A stretch of 64,000 nucleotides of DNA, taken from assembly GCA_943371025.1 (NCBI GenBank), contig CALRTC020000013.1:4292-68291 (forward strand), given 5' to 3'. Shown piece after piece: positions 9,732 through 18,451 of this stretch. The notes under the pieces were generated by a model, which saw only the letters and a program-made list of their open reading frames with translations, ran no database searches and was not told where the DNA came from. Origin of the DNA: Hydrogenophaga intermedia. Lineage in GTDB: Bacteria > Pseudomonadota > Alphaproteobacteria > Azospirillales > Azospirillaceae. Both the position numbers and the translations under genes were made by a program. Position 1 is the first letter of the stretch; each line of letters starts with the position of its first letter.

Positions 9732-9958
9732 TTTGTTCCCTCAGGCGCCGGGCGCCGCCATCCGGCGGCTTGGCTTGCGCGCCCATGGGGGCGCGGGCCG
9801 GCGGTCGCCGGCCTGCAAGGGTCATTAGCATGACCCTTGTGTATATTTGTTCCCTCAGGCGCCGGGCGCTGCCATCCGGCGGCTTGCCTCGCGCGCCCAT
9901 GGGCGCGCGGGCCGGCGGTCGCCGGCCTGCAAAGGTCATTGATATGACCTTTGCCTGT
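9732..9958. repeat. Tandem palindrome-rich intergenic repeat, period 114 bp, two full copies plus the first ~15 nt of a third
   Basis: Copy A starts at 9732 and copy B at 9846; they are near-identical (tttgttccctcaggcgccgggcgc.gccatccggcggcttg...gcgcgcccatggg.gcgcgggccggcggtcgccggcctgcaa.ggtcatt..atgaccctttg). Each copy carries a GCGCGCCCATGGGCGCGC-type palindrome and a terminal 10-11 bp hairpin. Confidence 0.9.
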
Positions 9959-10456
9959 TCCCTCCAGCGGCGGCCTTTTGAGGTAGCGAAGCGTGAGACC
10001 CGGGGCGATGCCGGCTTCACATTGCTGGAACTGCTGGTGGTGATGGTGCTGGCGGGGTTGCTGCTCGCGGTGGCGCTGCCCAATCTGGGGACGGCCACAC
10101 AGCCGGCGGCCCTGCGCGCCGATGCGGCTGCCTTGACCGCCGCGCTGCGGCTGGCCCGCGAACGCGCGGTGCTGGATGGGCGGGAAGTGCGCGTGACCCT
10201 GGATGTCCGGGAACAGCAATGGCGCGTGCTGACGGCGGCGGGTACTGCACCGGTGCCAGGTGGCGCCCTGTCCGGCAAGGCGCGTCTGTTGGTGCGGGGG
10301 GATGCGGCCGACATGGAGGGCGATCGGGCCGCCGTGCGCTTCCGCCCCGATGGCGGCAGCACGGGGCTGGAGGTTACGCTGACCGCCGGGCCATACCGCC
10401 ATGTCGTGCGCGCAGACTGGCTGACGGGACGGGTCACGCAGGAGCAGGCGCCATGA
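9944..10456 (+). CDS. gspH: T2SS minor pseudopilin GspH-like
   Basis: ORF 9671..10456. Prepilin motif GDAG/FTLLELLVVMVLAGLLLAVALPNL. 9944 is the only canonical in-frame start downstream of the repeat, and it lies inside the hairpin of repeat copy B. Confidence 0.7.
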   Translation: MTFACSLQRRPFEVAKRETRGDAGFTLLELLVVMVLAGLLLAVALPNLGTATQPAALRADAAALTAALRLARERAVLDGREVRVTLDVREQQWRVLTAAGTAPVPGGALSGKARLLVRGDAADMEGDRAAVRFRPDGGSTGLEVTLTAGPYRHVVRADWLTGRVTQEQAP

Positions 10457-10833
10457 AGGGGCAGCGCGGCTTCACCCTGGTGGAGGTGCTGGCGGCCCTG
10501 CTGATCCTGGGGCTGGTGCTGGGCCTGTGTTACCGCCTGCTGGGCCAGGGTGCGGGGATGGTGCGGGCCACCGGCACGCGCGCTGACGCCCTGGCACTCG
10601 CGGAAGGACAGCTGGCGGCGCTGATGGCGCAGAACCGCATCGCCCCCGGCCAGTTCAACGGTGCGGCCGGTGACCTGTCCTGGGACGTCACCATCCGCCC
10701 GCGCAGCGATGGCCCTTTCCGACAGGCTGCCGCCGCCGGCCTGTCGGCCCTGTCCATCGAGATCATGGTGCGGGACGGGCGCGGGGCGCCCGTACGGCTG
10801 ACATCCACCCGGCTGGTGCGGGGGACGTCATGA
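10453..10833 (+). CDS. gspI: T2SS minor pseudopilin GspI-like
   Basis: MKGQRG/FTLVEVLAALLILGLVL. ATGA overlap with the gspH stop. About 126 aa, typical for GspI. Confidence 0.7.
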   Translation: MKGQRGFTLVEVLAALLILGLVLGLCYRLLGQGAGMVRATGTRADALALAEGQLAALMAQNRIAPGQFNGAAGDLSWDVTIRPRSDGPFRQAAAAGLSALSIEIMVRDGRGAPVRLTSTRLVRGTS

Positions 10834-11531
10834 ACCGGGGACAGGCGGGGTTTACCCTGGTTGAACTGCTGGTGGCCTTTGTGCTGCTGGGCCTGCTGCT
10901 GACGGTGGCGGGCGGGGGCTTGCGTGATCTCAGCCGGGGTTATCGGGGGGGAATGGAGCGCACCTGGCGTCAGCAGGATTTCAGTCTGGCGGGCGATATC
11001 CTGCGCCGACAGGCCATGCTGGCCCTGGCGCCCGCGTCCGGCCCCCGTCCCACATTGCCGGCCTTCAGCTTTGGTCGCGACCGGCTGCAGTTCAGCATCC
11101 TGGACCCGGTGGCACCCGGCCGCGGCGGGCTGACCCAGGTCGGCTTCAGCGTGGAGCGGCCGTCGGAAGGGATGGTGCGCCTGATCTACTGGCAGGGTCG
11201 TGATGGCGGCCCGATCGAGCGGCGGTTGCTGGTGGAAGGAGCGCACGACATCACCTTCGCCTATCGCGCCGCCGATGCCGAGCCGGATGAGTGGCAGGAG
11301 ACATGGAACCCCGGCAGGGGCCGGCCCGCCCTGGTCCGGATGAGCATCGGGGGCGCCGGCAGGCCGCTGGCGGCCCAGGTTGTACGGTTTCCGGCCGATG
11401 CCGACCTGTCCTGCCTGTTCGCAGGAAACATTCAGCGGCCTGGACGGGGGCCGGGTTGCCGTTATCGCCCCCCGGCCAATGGTGATGATGGCATCGACCG
11501 CGACAGCGAGGCGGCGGAGGGGCCGGCATGA
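10830..11531 (+). CDS. gspJ: T2SS minor pseudopilin GspJ-like
   Basis: MNRGQAG/FTLVELLVAFVLLGLLL. ATGA overlap with gspI. 233 aa. Confidence 0.7.
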   Translation: MNRGQAGFTLVELLVAFVLLGLLLTVAGGGLRDLSRGYRGGMERTWRQQDFSLAGDILRRQAMLALAPASGPRPTLPAFSFGRDRLQFSILDPVAPGRGGLTQVGFSVERPSEGMVRLIYWQGRDGGPIERRLLVEGAHDITFAYRAADAEPDEWQETWNPGRGRPALVRMSIGGAGRPLAAQVVRFPADADLSCLFAGNIQRPGRGPGCRYRPPANGDDGIDRDSEAAEGPA

Positions 11532-12391
11532 GCCAAGGAGTTTCCCCGGGAAAGACCGGTGAGCGGGGCGCCGCCCTGGTCATGGTGCTGTGGCTGACGC
11601 TGATCGTCAGCCTGCTGGCCGGTGCCTTCGCCCTGACGGTGACGACGGAAGCGGGACGCCAGTCCGCGCGCATCCGCAGCGCCCAGGCGCGGGCGACGCT
11701 GGAGACCGCGCTGGCCGCTGTGCTGGTCATGGAAATGGCCCCCCGCCCCGGCCGACGGCCGCCCAACGGCGGCTGGCAGGAAATGACCCTTTCCGACCCG
11801 GCGGCGCGGGTCTTCTGGTCGGTGCAGGATCAGGCGGGATTGATCGATCTGAACCGCACACCGGTGGAAAGGCTGCGGGCGCTGTTGCCGGCGCTGGCCG
11901 ATCGCATGGCCTTTCCCGTCCTGTCGGAGATTGAGACGCGCCGCGCCACGGGGCGGCCCTTCCTGTCGGTTCAGGAACTGGCCGCCATTCCAGGCATGCC
12001 GGAAGCCACCCAGAGCCGGCTGCTTTCCGCGTTGACCGTCCACCAATCGGCCAATTCCGGAAAGGTGGCCATCCTGGCCGCCCCATCCATCCTGCTGGAC
12101 ATCTGGCCGGACCTGACCCCCACCGACCGGGCAGCACTGCGCAACCTGACAGATGGCGGGCGGGGGCCGGGGGAACCAAAGGGAGAACCAAGGGGTGAAT
12201 TGGTGCGCCGGTTGAACCGGGCGGGGCTGCGCGTCAATGCCCGCCCTTCCCCGTTCCGGGCCGTCCGGCTGCGGGTGGCGCTGGATAATGGCGCCAATGC
12301 AGCTGCGGAGGTGCTGGTCTGGCTGAATGCCGACGATGCCGCCCCGTTCCGGATTCTGGAATGGCGCCCATTGCCGGAGGAGATGCCATGA
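11528..12391 (+). CDS. gspK: T2SS minor pseudopilin GspK-like
   Basis: N-terminal GERGAALVMVLWLTLIVSLLAGAF without the Glu5 prepilin signature, as is usual for GspK. ATGA overlap with gspJ. 287 aa. Confidence 0.7.
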   Translation: MSQGVSPGKTGERGAALVMVLWLTLIVSLLAGAFALTVTTEAGRQSARIRSAQARATLETALAAVLVMEMAPRPGRRPPNGGWQEMTLSDPAARVFWSVQDQAGLIDLNRTPVERLRALLPALADRMAFPVLSEIETRRATGRPFLSVQELAAIPGMPEATQSRLLSALTVHQSANSGKVAILAAPSILLDIWPDLTPTDRAALRNLTDGGRGPGEPKGEPRGELVRRLNRAGLRVNARPSPFRAVRLRVALDNGANAAAEVLVWLNADDAAPFRILEWRPLPEEMP

Positions 12392-13329
12392 TGGGTGCCG
12401 GATTGCCGCCATGGCGGAGCTTGCCCGGCTGGTGGCTGCGGGAAGCCCGACGCCGCATCGAGAAGACGTCCGATCCTGTGGCTGCCCTGTTGGTCGATCT
12501 GTCCGGCATCCCCCGCTATTGGCGCCGGGGCCGCGACGGGCGGCTGACCGAGATGAAGCTGGTGCCGCGGGGGCGGCCGGCACGCCTGCTGCTGCCAGCG
12601 TCGCTGGTGCGGCGGGTCACGCTGTCCATGCCGGCCGCCGCTGCGGACCATCTGCATGGGCTGGCGGGGCTGGAACTGGAAAACCATCTGCCGATGGCGG
12701 CCGATCAGTGTTTCCACACCGCCCGCATTCTGGACAGCGATCCCGTGGCGGGCACCATCCGGGTGGTGGTTACAGCCAGCCCGCGTCGCCGGGTGCAGGG
12801 CCTGCTGGACAGCATGCGCGACCTGGGCCTGGTGCCCGTGGGACTGGAAGTGACCGACGACGGCACGCTGATCCCGCTGGACCCCGGTGGGGGGCAGGCC
12901 AGGCGATTGCGCCGCCTGGGCCTGACCGCAGCGCTGCTGGCGACCGGGCTGGTCTGTCTGCCCTTCGCGGCGGTAACGGCGCGTCTGCAATGGCTGGAAG
13001 AGCAGTTGGCAGAAGGGGCGGGCAAGGCGGCAGCGGCACGCGATCTGGCGGCCCGACTGGCGCCCGCCCGTCAGGCGGCGTCGCTGGTGGCGGAGATGCC
13101 GCCGCCCCTGCCCGTGCTGAACGCGCTGGCCGAACGGTTGCCCGATTATGCCTGGGTGACGGCCATTGATCTGGCGGGCCGGCATATCAGCGTCACCGGC
13201 CACACGCGGGAAGGCAAACCCCTGCCCGAGGGATTGCATCATATACCGGGCCTGACCGCGATCGAAATTCATCAGGGGGAAAGCGGCTTCACCCTGACCG
13301 CGACCCTGGAGGTGCGCCATGCGGATTGA
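12388..13329 (+). CDS. gspL: GspL-like bitopic assembly-platform protein
   Basis: Called from operon position, the ATGATG overlap with gspK, and topology: a cytoplasmic domain of about 180 aa, one TM segment (LGLTAALLATGLVCLPFAAV) and a short periplasmic domain. I did not recognise sequence motifs. Confidence 0.5.
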   Translation: MMGAGLPPWRSLPGWWLREARRRIEKTSDPVAALLVDLSGIPRYWRRGRDGRLTEMKLVPRGRPARLLLPASLVRRVTLSMPAAAADHLHGLAGLELENHLPMAADQCFHTARILDSDPVAGTIRVVVTASPRRRVQGLLDSMRDLGLVPVGLEVTDDGTLIPLDPGGGQARRLRRLGLTAALLATGLVCLPFAAVTARLQWLEEQLAEGAGKAAAARDLAARLAPARQAASLVAEMPPPLPVLNALAERLPDYAWVTAIDLAGRHISVTGHTREGKPLPEGLHHIPGLTAIEIHQGESGFTLTATLEVRHAD

Positions 13330-13870
13330 CCCCCCTGCCCTGTCGCCGCCGCAGCTGTTCTGGATGGTGGGGACACTTCTGGGGCTGCTGCTGATGGGGG
13401 CCGTTGCGGCACCGGGCTGGCTGTTATGGCGCGACATGGCGGACGACCTGGCGCGCGTGGAAACGCGGCTGGCGGCACAGGCGGACCTTGTCCAGCGTAC
13501 CGAACGGTTGCGGGGAGAGGCGGTGTCGTTGCAACCCTGGACAGGACGTGGCCCCAATCCCCTGCCCGGCAAGAATGCCGCGGAAGCGCGGGAGGCCATG
13601 GCAGCGCAGATCCTGCGTCTGGCCGCGGATGCCGGCCTGCCACCGCCTGGACTGACCGTACCGGAGGACACGGGTGGCAGCCGGGTGGTGGCAATGCGCG
13701 TTCTGCTGCAGGCGGGGCCCCGTCCGCTGCGCGACTTCCTGGCCGCACTGGAGACGGAGAGGCCGATGCTGTCCGTGCAGGAGCTGCATCTGCGGCCTGA
13801 TACGCAGGATGGCGGCCGGTTGAATGTCGAACTGGCTGTGGCTGGTATCATGGTGGAGGCGGCGCCATGA
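13319..13870 (+). CDS. gspM: GspM-like bitopic protein
   Basis: Position after gspL, an 11-nt overlap, and an N-terminal TM segment (LFWMVGTLLGLLLMGAVAAPGWLLW) followed by a periplasmic domain of about 130 aa. Assigned from context and topology. Confidence 0.5.
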   Translation: MRIDPPALSPPQLFWMVGTLLGLLLMGAVAAPGWLLWRDMADDLARVETRLAAQADLVQRTERLRGEAVSLQPWTGRGPNPLPGKNAAEAREAMAAQILRLAADAGLPPPGLTVPEDTGGSRVVAMRVLLQAGPRPLRDFLAALETERPMLSVQELHLRPDTQDGGRLNVELAVAGIMVEAAP

Positions 13871-14238
13871 AAAGCCGCCTGCTGCTGTCCGTCTGCCTGT
13901 GTCTGGCGTCCTTGCCGGCGTCGGGGGCCGAGGATGCCTTCGTAACCCGGCCCCTGTTCAGCCCCGATCGCCGGCCAGCGCCCGACCAGCCGGCGCTTCC
14001 GTCCCGTTCCGGACGGGAACTGCCGCCCGGCGGCTGGCGCCTGAGCGGACTGGTCATGGGCGCCAACGGCCAGACGGTCATCCTGCTGACCGGCAGTGAA
14101 GGTGGACCGATCCTGCGCGCGCGCCCTGGTGACAGCGTCAATGGCTGGTTGATTCTGGATGTCCAAGGCCACGCCATCCGTCTGTCCCGACGCGGCGAAA
14201 TGCATTCGACCGGGTTGCGCCAGGCGTTGCCGGAATAG
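13867..14238 (+). CDS. Small exported protein, last gene of the T2SS operon (possible GspC-HR/PilP-like or GspN-like accessory)
   Basis: ATGA overlap with the previous gene. Signal peptide MKSRLLLSVCLCLASLPASGAED. C-terminal segment WRLSGLVMGANGQTVILLTG...GDSVNGWLILDV resembles the beta-sandwich secretin-interacting domains of PilP/GspC. The function is an inference. Confidence 0.45.
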   Translation: MKSRLLLSVCLCLASLPASGAEDAFVTRPLFSPDRRPAPDQPALPSRSGRELPPGGWRLSGLVMGANGQTVILLTGSEGGPILRARPGDSVNGWLILDVQGHAIRLSRRGEMHSTGLRQALPE

Positions 14239-14472
14239 CACCCATGCGCCTCAAGGGCTCCTGCGCACATCGGGTTGAAACAATCCGGCATCGCCCTGCC
14301 CCAACGCCGCATCCGTGCGCCAGCAACCAGAAACACCGCAGCAACAAAGAGAATGACACAGCTTTTCTGAATATTTCTGGAATGTTTGCGTCCGCGCAAG
14401 TACCGGGCGGGAGGATTACAAAGGTCAAAAAAGTAAATACCCGACCTTTTCCTGACATCACGGAGTCATCCC

Positions 14473-15441
14473 ATGGCCTTTCATCGTCACGCCCTGGCCG
14501 CCGTTACAGCCGGTTTCCTGGCCGGCACGCTGTTTACGGGCGCCGCTTCCGCCCAGACCGCCGTCAAGCAAGTCTCCTTCACCTCCATGGATGGAACGAC
14601 CACGCTGCGCGGCTTCTTCTACAAGCCGACCACAGGCGCCGGCCCGTTCCCGGCCATCGTTCTGCTGCATGGCTGCGGTGGCGCCTATTCCAAGAAGTCG
14701 GGCGGCGTGACGCTGGATGCCGCGACGATTGAGGCAGCCCCGTCGAAATATATCAACAGCCAGTACAAGGATTGGGCCACCTGGGCCGCGGGCCAGGGCT
14801 ATGCCCTGCTGCTGGTCGACAGCTTTGGTCCGCGGGGCCAGACGCTGGGCGTGTGCGACGTGGACCAGGAAGACCGGCCGAGCGACATCAGCGACGTCTA
14901 CCGCCGTCCGCTGGACGCCTATGCCGGGCTGAAGTTCCTGAAGGATAATGCCGCCAGCAGCGCCTACAACATCAAGGCGGATCGCGTGGCCCTGGTCGGT
15001 TTCTCGCACGGCGGCAGCACGACCCTGTCCACCGTCGCCGATACCGGCCCGTCGGTCTGGCACAACAATGTCCTGCCCAGCAATCCGGGTCTGGTCGGCG
15101 GCTTCCGCGTGGCGGTCGCCTATTATCCAGGCTGCGGGCTGCAGAACGCCTACAAGAACACCTATCATTCCGGCACGCCGCTGCAGGTCTTTACCGGCCA
15201 GAAGGACACGACGACGCCGGCGGTGAAGTGCGAGGCGCTGAAGGTCACGGCGGAATCCGTGGCGGCCGCGCAGAGCAAGCCGGTCAATTTCAGCTATCGC
15301 ACCTGGGCCAACGCCACCCACAGCTTCGATCAGGCCACCAGCAGCGACTGGACCAGCCAGGAAACGACGGACAACAATGCGGCCCGCGCGGATGCCCGCG
15401 CGGATGTGCAGGCACTGTTCACGGCCAAGCTGAAGAACTGA
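14473..15441 (+). CDS. Secreted alpha/beta hydrolase, dienelactone-hydrolase-like
   Basis: Signal peptide MAFHRHALAAVTAGFLAGTLFTGAASAQT, LLHGCGG, and nucleophile elbow GFSHGG. GGAG lies 9 nt upstream of the ATG. Confidence 0.75.
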   Translation: MAFHRHALAAVTAGFLAGTLFTGAASAQTAVKQVSFTSMDGTTTLRGFFYKPTTGAGPFPAIVLLHGCGGAYSKKSGGVTLDAATIEAAPSKYINSQYKDWATWAAGQGYALLLVDSFGPRGQTLGVCDVDQEDRPSDISDVYRRPLDAYAGLKFLKDNAASSAYNIKADRVALVGFSHGGSTTLSTVADTGPSVWHNNVLPSNPGLVGGFRVAVAYYPGCGLQNAYKNTYHSGTPLQVFTGQKDTTTPAVKCEALKVTAESVAAAQSKPVNFSYRTWANATHSFDQATSSDWTSQETTDNNAARADARADVQALFTAKLKN

Positions 15442-15487
15442 TCTACAATGGGGCGGTGCCGCCGGCGTTCCAGCGGCGGCACACCTT

Positions 15488-15531
15488 GGGGGCCGGCAAT
15501 CGTGATGGGTGCCGGCCCCCTTCTTTTGTTT
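15488..15531. terminator. Bidirectional intrinsic terminator
   Basis: Stem gggggccggca / tgccggccccc followed by ttcttttgttt. The T-tract overlaps the stop codon of the convergent response regulator. Confidence 0.7.
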
Positions 15532-16255
15532 AGGACTTGCGCAGCAGGAATATATAGCCCTTGCCGCGCACAGTGCGGATAAACTGCGGGTTGTCGGGCT
15601 TCACTTCCAACTTCTTGCGCAGTCGCGTGATCCGCACATCAATCGAACGGTCGAACGGCTCCGGTGCCCGATCATGCGCCAGTTTCAGCAGTTCATCCCG
15701 CGTGAAGATCTGGTTGGGGTGGCTGGCCATGGTCAGCAGAAGATCGAATTCCATCGCCGTCAGATCGGCGATGTGCCGGTCGATCAGGTTCATCACCACC
15801 CGTTCCCGTGTCTTCAGCAGCCAGTTGCCGAAGGCGATATCGCCTTCGGTCACCTGTTCTGGAACGGGCGTCCGGACACGGGCACGGCGCAGCACCACGC
15901 GGATGCGTGACAGCAGTTCGTCTGCATCGAAAGGCTTGCACACATAATCATCGGCCCCCAGGTCCAGGCCCGCGATGCGGTCGCCCCGCCCCGTGGCACC
16001 GGTCAGCATGATGACCGGCGGCCCCTCGCTGTCCATGGCGCGCAGCCAGCGCATGATCGTGAAGCCGTCCACCCCCGGCAGGCCCACATCCAGCAGGATC
16101 AGGGCCGGCCGGCCGCGTTCCATCAGGGCCTGCAGTTCCGGCCAGTTGCCGGCGGCCAGACCTTGCATACCGTTGCCGGCCAGCATAGCCAGCAACAGGT
16201 CGCACACCATCGGGTCGTCATCGACCACGGCGATCCAGGGGGCTGTCGGGCTCAT
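15530..16255 (-). CDS. OmpR-family response regulator
   Basis: ORF 15530..16414. The internal ATG at 16255 gives MSPTAPWIAVVDDDPMV. Canonical receiver (DDD, LLDVGLPGVDG, MLTG, KPF) plus a winged-helix domain (LTAMEFDLLLTMASHP...RGKGYIF). Confidence 0.88.
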   Translation of the reverse strand: MSPTAPWIAVVDDDPMVCDLLLAMLAGNGMQGLAAGNWPELQALMERGRPALILLDVGLPGVDGFTIMRWLRAMDSEGPPVIMLTGATGRGDRIAGLDLGADDYVCKPFDADELLSRIRVVLRRARVRTPVPEQVTEGDIAFGNWLLKTRERVVMNLIDRHIADLTAMEFDLLLTMASHPNQIFTRDELLKLAHDRAPEPFDRSIDVRITRLRKKLEVKPDNPQFIRTVRGKGYIFLLRKS

Positions 16256-16447
16256 GAATGCTCCTGCATGTCCTATCGTTACCGTCAGTTTTCTGAGCGT
16301 GGTTACTAAGGGCGATGGGCATCGGCGCGCAGTTATAAAGGTGTGAACAGGAAACCGTTGCGACTTTACAATTTCTTCACAGGTTTTCGCCGGTTCACTG
16401 TCAATTGTGGGCAAGTCCTCGTGCTACACAGCCGCCGCTACAACCAG

Positions 16448-18451
16448 ATGTTTTGCAGCGAATGTCCGGAAGCGGGTGTTTTTCACCTTCCGGAAACATG
16501 GGGATGGGGAGAGGGTGTGGTGAGCCTGCGGCTGGAAACGTTGGGATCGTTGAATTTTCTGACCGGTCGCGCGGACCCGGACCTGGCCTCGTCCCTGCGG
16601 CAATGGGCTGTCGCCACCAGCGCCATCTCGGCGATTGCCCTGGTTCTGGGCCTGGGCGGCCATCTGCTGGGGCTGGAACAGTCCGAACGGCTGCTGATCG
16701 CCCCATTCGGTGCCGCCGCCCTTCTGTTGGGATTTGGTGGCGGTCAGGGACATCCCAGCCCGGCCGCCGTCATGCTGGGACTGGTCCTGTCGGCGGCTGT
16801 CGGCGTGACCCTGCACGCAGCCCTTCCGGCCCATTCCGGATTGGCCGCCTGCCTGGGATTTGCCCTGGCCACATTGTTGATGCAGGCCAGCCGCAGCCTT
16901 TACCCGCCCGGCGGTGCCGTCGCCATGCTGGCGGCGGGCGGCGTGGATTACGGGTTCAGCGCGGCACTTTTCCCGCTGTTTCCCGTGGCGGTGGGCGCAC
17001 TGGTCCTGCTGGCGGTGGGGTATTTGGCCAGACGTGACCAGACCGGTGCTGTGTCGGTGCCCCCGCCGCCCGACGCCGCGCAGTTGCGCCTGCTGGGGTT
17101 GTTCAACAAAGTGGCCGTCGCCGCGAATGAGGCCGACAGTGTCGATGCGGCGGTCACCGCCTGTCTGGAGGCAGTGTGCCAGCATACAGAATGGCCCATC
17201 GCCCACGCCTACCATCCTGATGTCGACGGCACCCTGATCTCCACCCGCCAATGGTACATCGCCCCGCATCTGGCCGGCGGCCCTATCGCCGATTTCATGC
17301 GCATGTCCGAGGAAACGCGGTTCAAGCCGGGCATGGGCATGGTCGGCCGCGTGGCGGCCGATGGCGAACCGGTGGTCCTGCCCGATGTCGGCAAGGCCAA
17401 GGGTTTCCTGCGTGCCCAGGCGGCGCAGCGGAACGGGGTGCGCGGCTGCTTCGCCTTTCCCGTGGCCAGCGGGCGGCGCGTGGTCATGGTGCTGGAATTC
17501 TTCAGCCAGGAACAGGCCGTGCTGGATGATACGACCCTGCGGCTGATGTCCTATGTCGGTGGACAGATTGCCCGGGTGGTTGAACGGATGGAAAGCAACC
17601 AGCGGCTGGGCGCTCTGGCCCGGGCGCTGGAGATGGAGGTGAAGGGGGTTGCCGGCACGGTCTGCGCCGCCGCCGGTGCCGTGGCCGATGCTGCGGGCAA
17701 TCTGGCCGGCGCCGCTGAACAGGCCGGGTCGCGCAGCGATCAGGCCAAGCGCGGGGCGGATCAGATCACGCGCACCGTGGCCCATGTCGCCGATGCAGCC
17801 GCCGCCTTTGAGCGGTCATCGCGGGACATTGCGGATTGGGTGGGCCGCACGGACGATATCGCCTCCTCCGCCAACCAGTCGGCGGACGCCACGGCCAAGG
17901 CGGTGACGGAACTGGAAGGGGCCATCGATCATGTCGACCGGGTGATCGACGCCATTTCCACCATTGCGCGTTCCATCAACATGCTGGCGCTGAATGCCAC
18001 GATCGAGGCCAAGCGCGCCGGCGCGGCCGGCCGGGGGTTCGAGGTCGTGGCAAGTGAGGTGAGGGCGCTGGCGGGTCAGACGGCAACGGCGACGGAGGAG
18101 GTGCGGCGGATCGTTCAGCAGATCAAGGGGGTGGGGCGCCAGACGCGTGACGCGCTGGACCATATCGGCGCCGTGATTGCCGATATGGCCAGCGCTTCGC
18201 AGGGCATCCGCACCTCTCTGGAAAGCCAGGCCAAGGTGACCATCACGGTGACCGATGGCATCCACGGGGCCGGGCGTGACAGCGCCGTGGTGGCGGAAAA
18301 TGTGCGCCATCTGGATGACAGCACGCGGCAGAACCAAACGGCATCGGCGCAGTTGCTGGCGGCCGCGACCGACCTGACCAGTCAGGGACAGAGCCTGGCG
18401 ACGTCAATCGACACGTTCCTGGGCGGCGTCCGGCGCCTGATGGAGGCCTGA
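16448..18451 (+). CDS. Chimeric methyl-accepting chemotaxis protein: HPP-like membrane domain + GAF + MCP signalling domain
   Basis: ORF 16343..18451; the start is uncertain (ATG 16448 or a later GTG). HPP-like blocks [34 protein letters not shown] and [19 protein letters not shown]-like [20 protein letters not shown]...GCFAFPV...VLEFFS. MCP core [37 protein letters not shown]. Confidence 0.8.
   Translation: MFCSECPEAGVFHLPETWGWGEGVVSLRLETLGSLNFLTGRADPDLASSLRQWAVATSAISAIALVLGLGGHLLGLEQSERLLIAPFGAAALLLGFGGGQGHPSPAAVMLGLVLSAAVGVTLHAALPAHSGLAACLGFALATLLMQASRSLYPPGGAVAMLAAGGVDYGFSAALFPLFPVAVGALVLLAVGYLARRDQTGAVSVPPPPDAAQLRLLGLFNKVAVAANEADSVDAAVTACLEAVCQHTEWPIAHAYHPDVDGTLISTRQWYIAPHLAGGPIADFMRMSEETRFKPGMGMVGRVAADGEPVVLPDVGKAKGFLRAQAAQRNGVRGCFAFPVASGRRVVMVLEFFSQEQAVLDDTTLRLMSYVGGQIARVVERMESNQRLGALARALEMEVKGVAGTVCAAAGAVADAAGNLAGAAEQAGSRSDQAKRGADQITRTVAHVADAAAAFERSSRDIADWVGRTDDIASSANQSADATAKAVTELEGAIDHVDRVIDAISTIARSINMLALNATIEAKRAGAAGRGFEVVASEVRALAGQTATATEEVRRIVQQIKGVGRQTRDALDHIGAVIADMASASQGIRTSLESQAKVTITVTDGIHGAGRDSAVVAENVRHLDDSTRQNQTASAQLLAAATDLTSQGQSLATSIDTFLGGVRRLMEA

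Noticed and set aside
9727-9960. Possible CRISPR array, because of the tandem repeats.
   Set aside because: There are only two full units of 114 bp. They abut head-to-tail with no unique spacers, there are no cas genes in the window, and the units are internally palindromic like REP/RIME elements.
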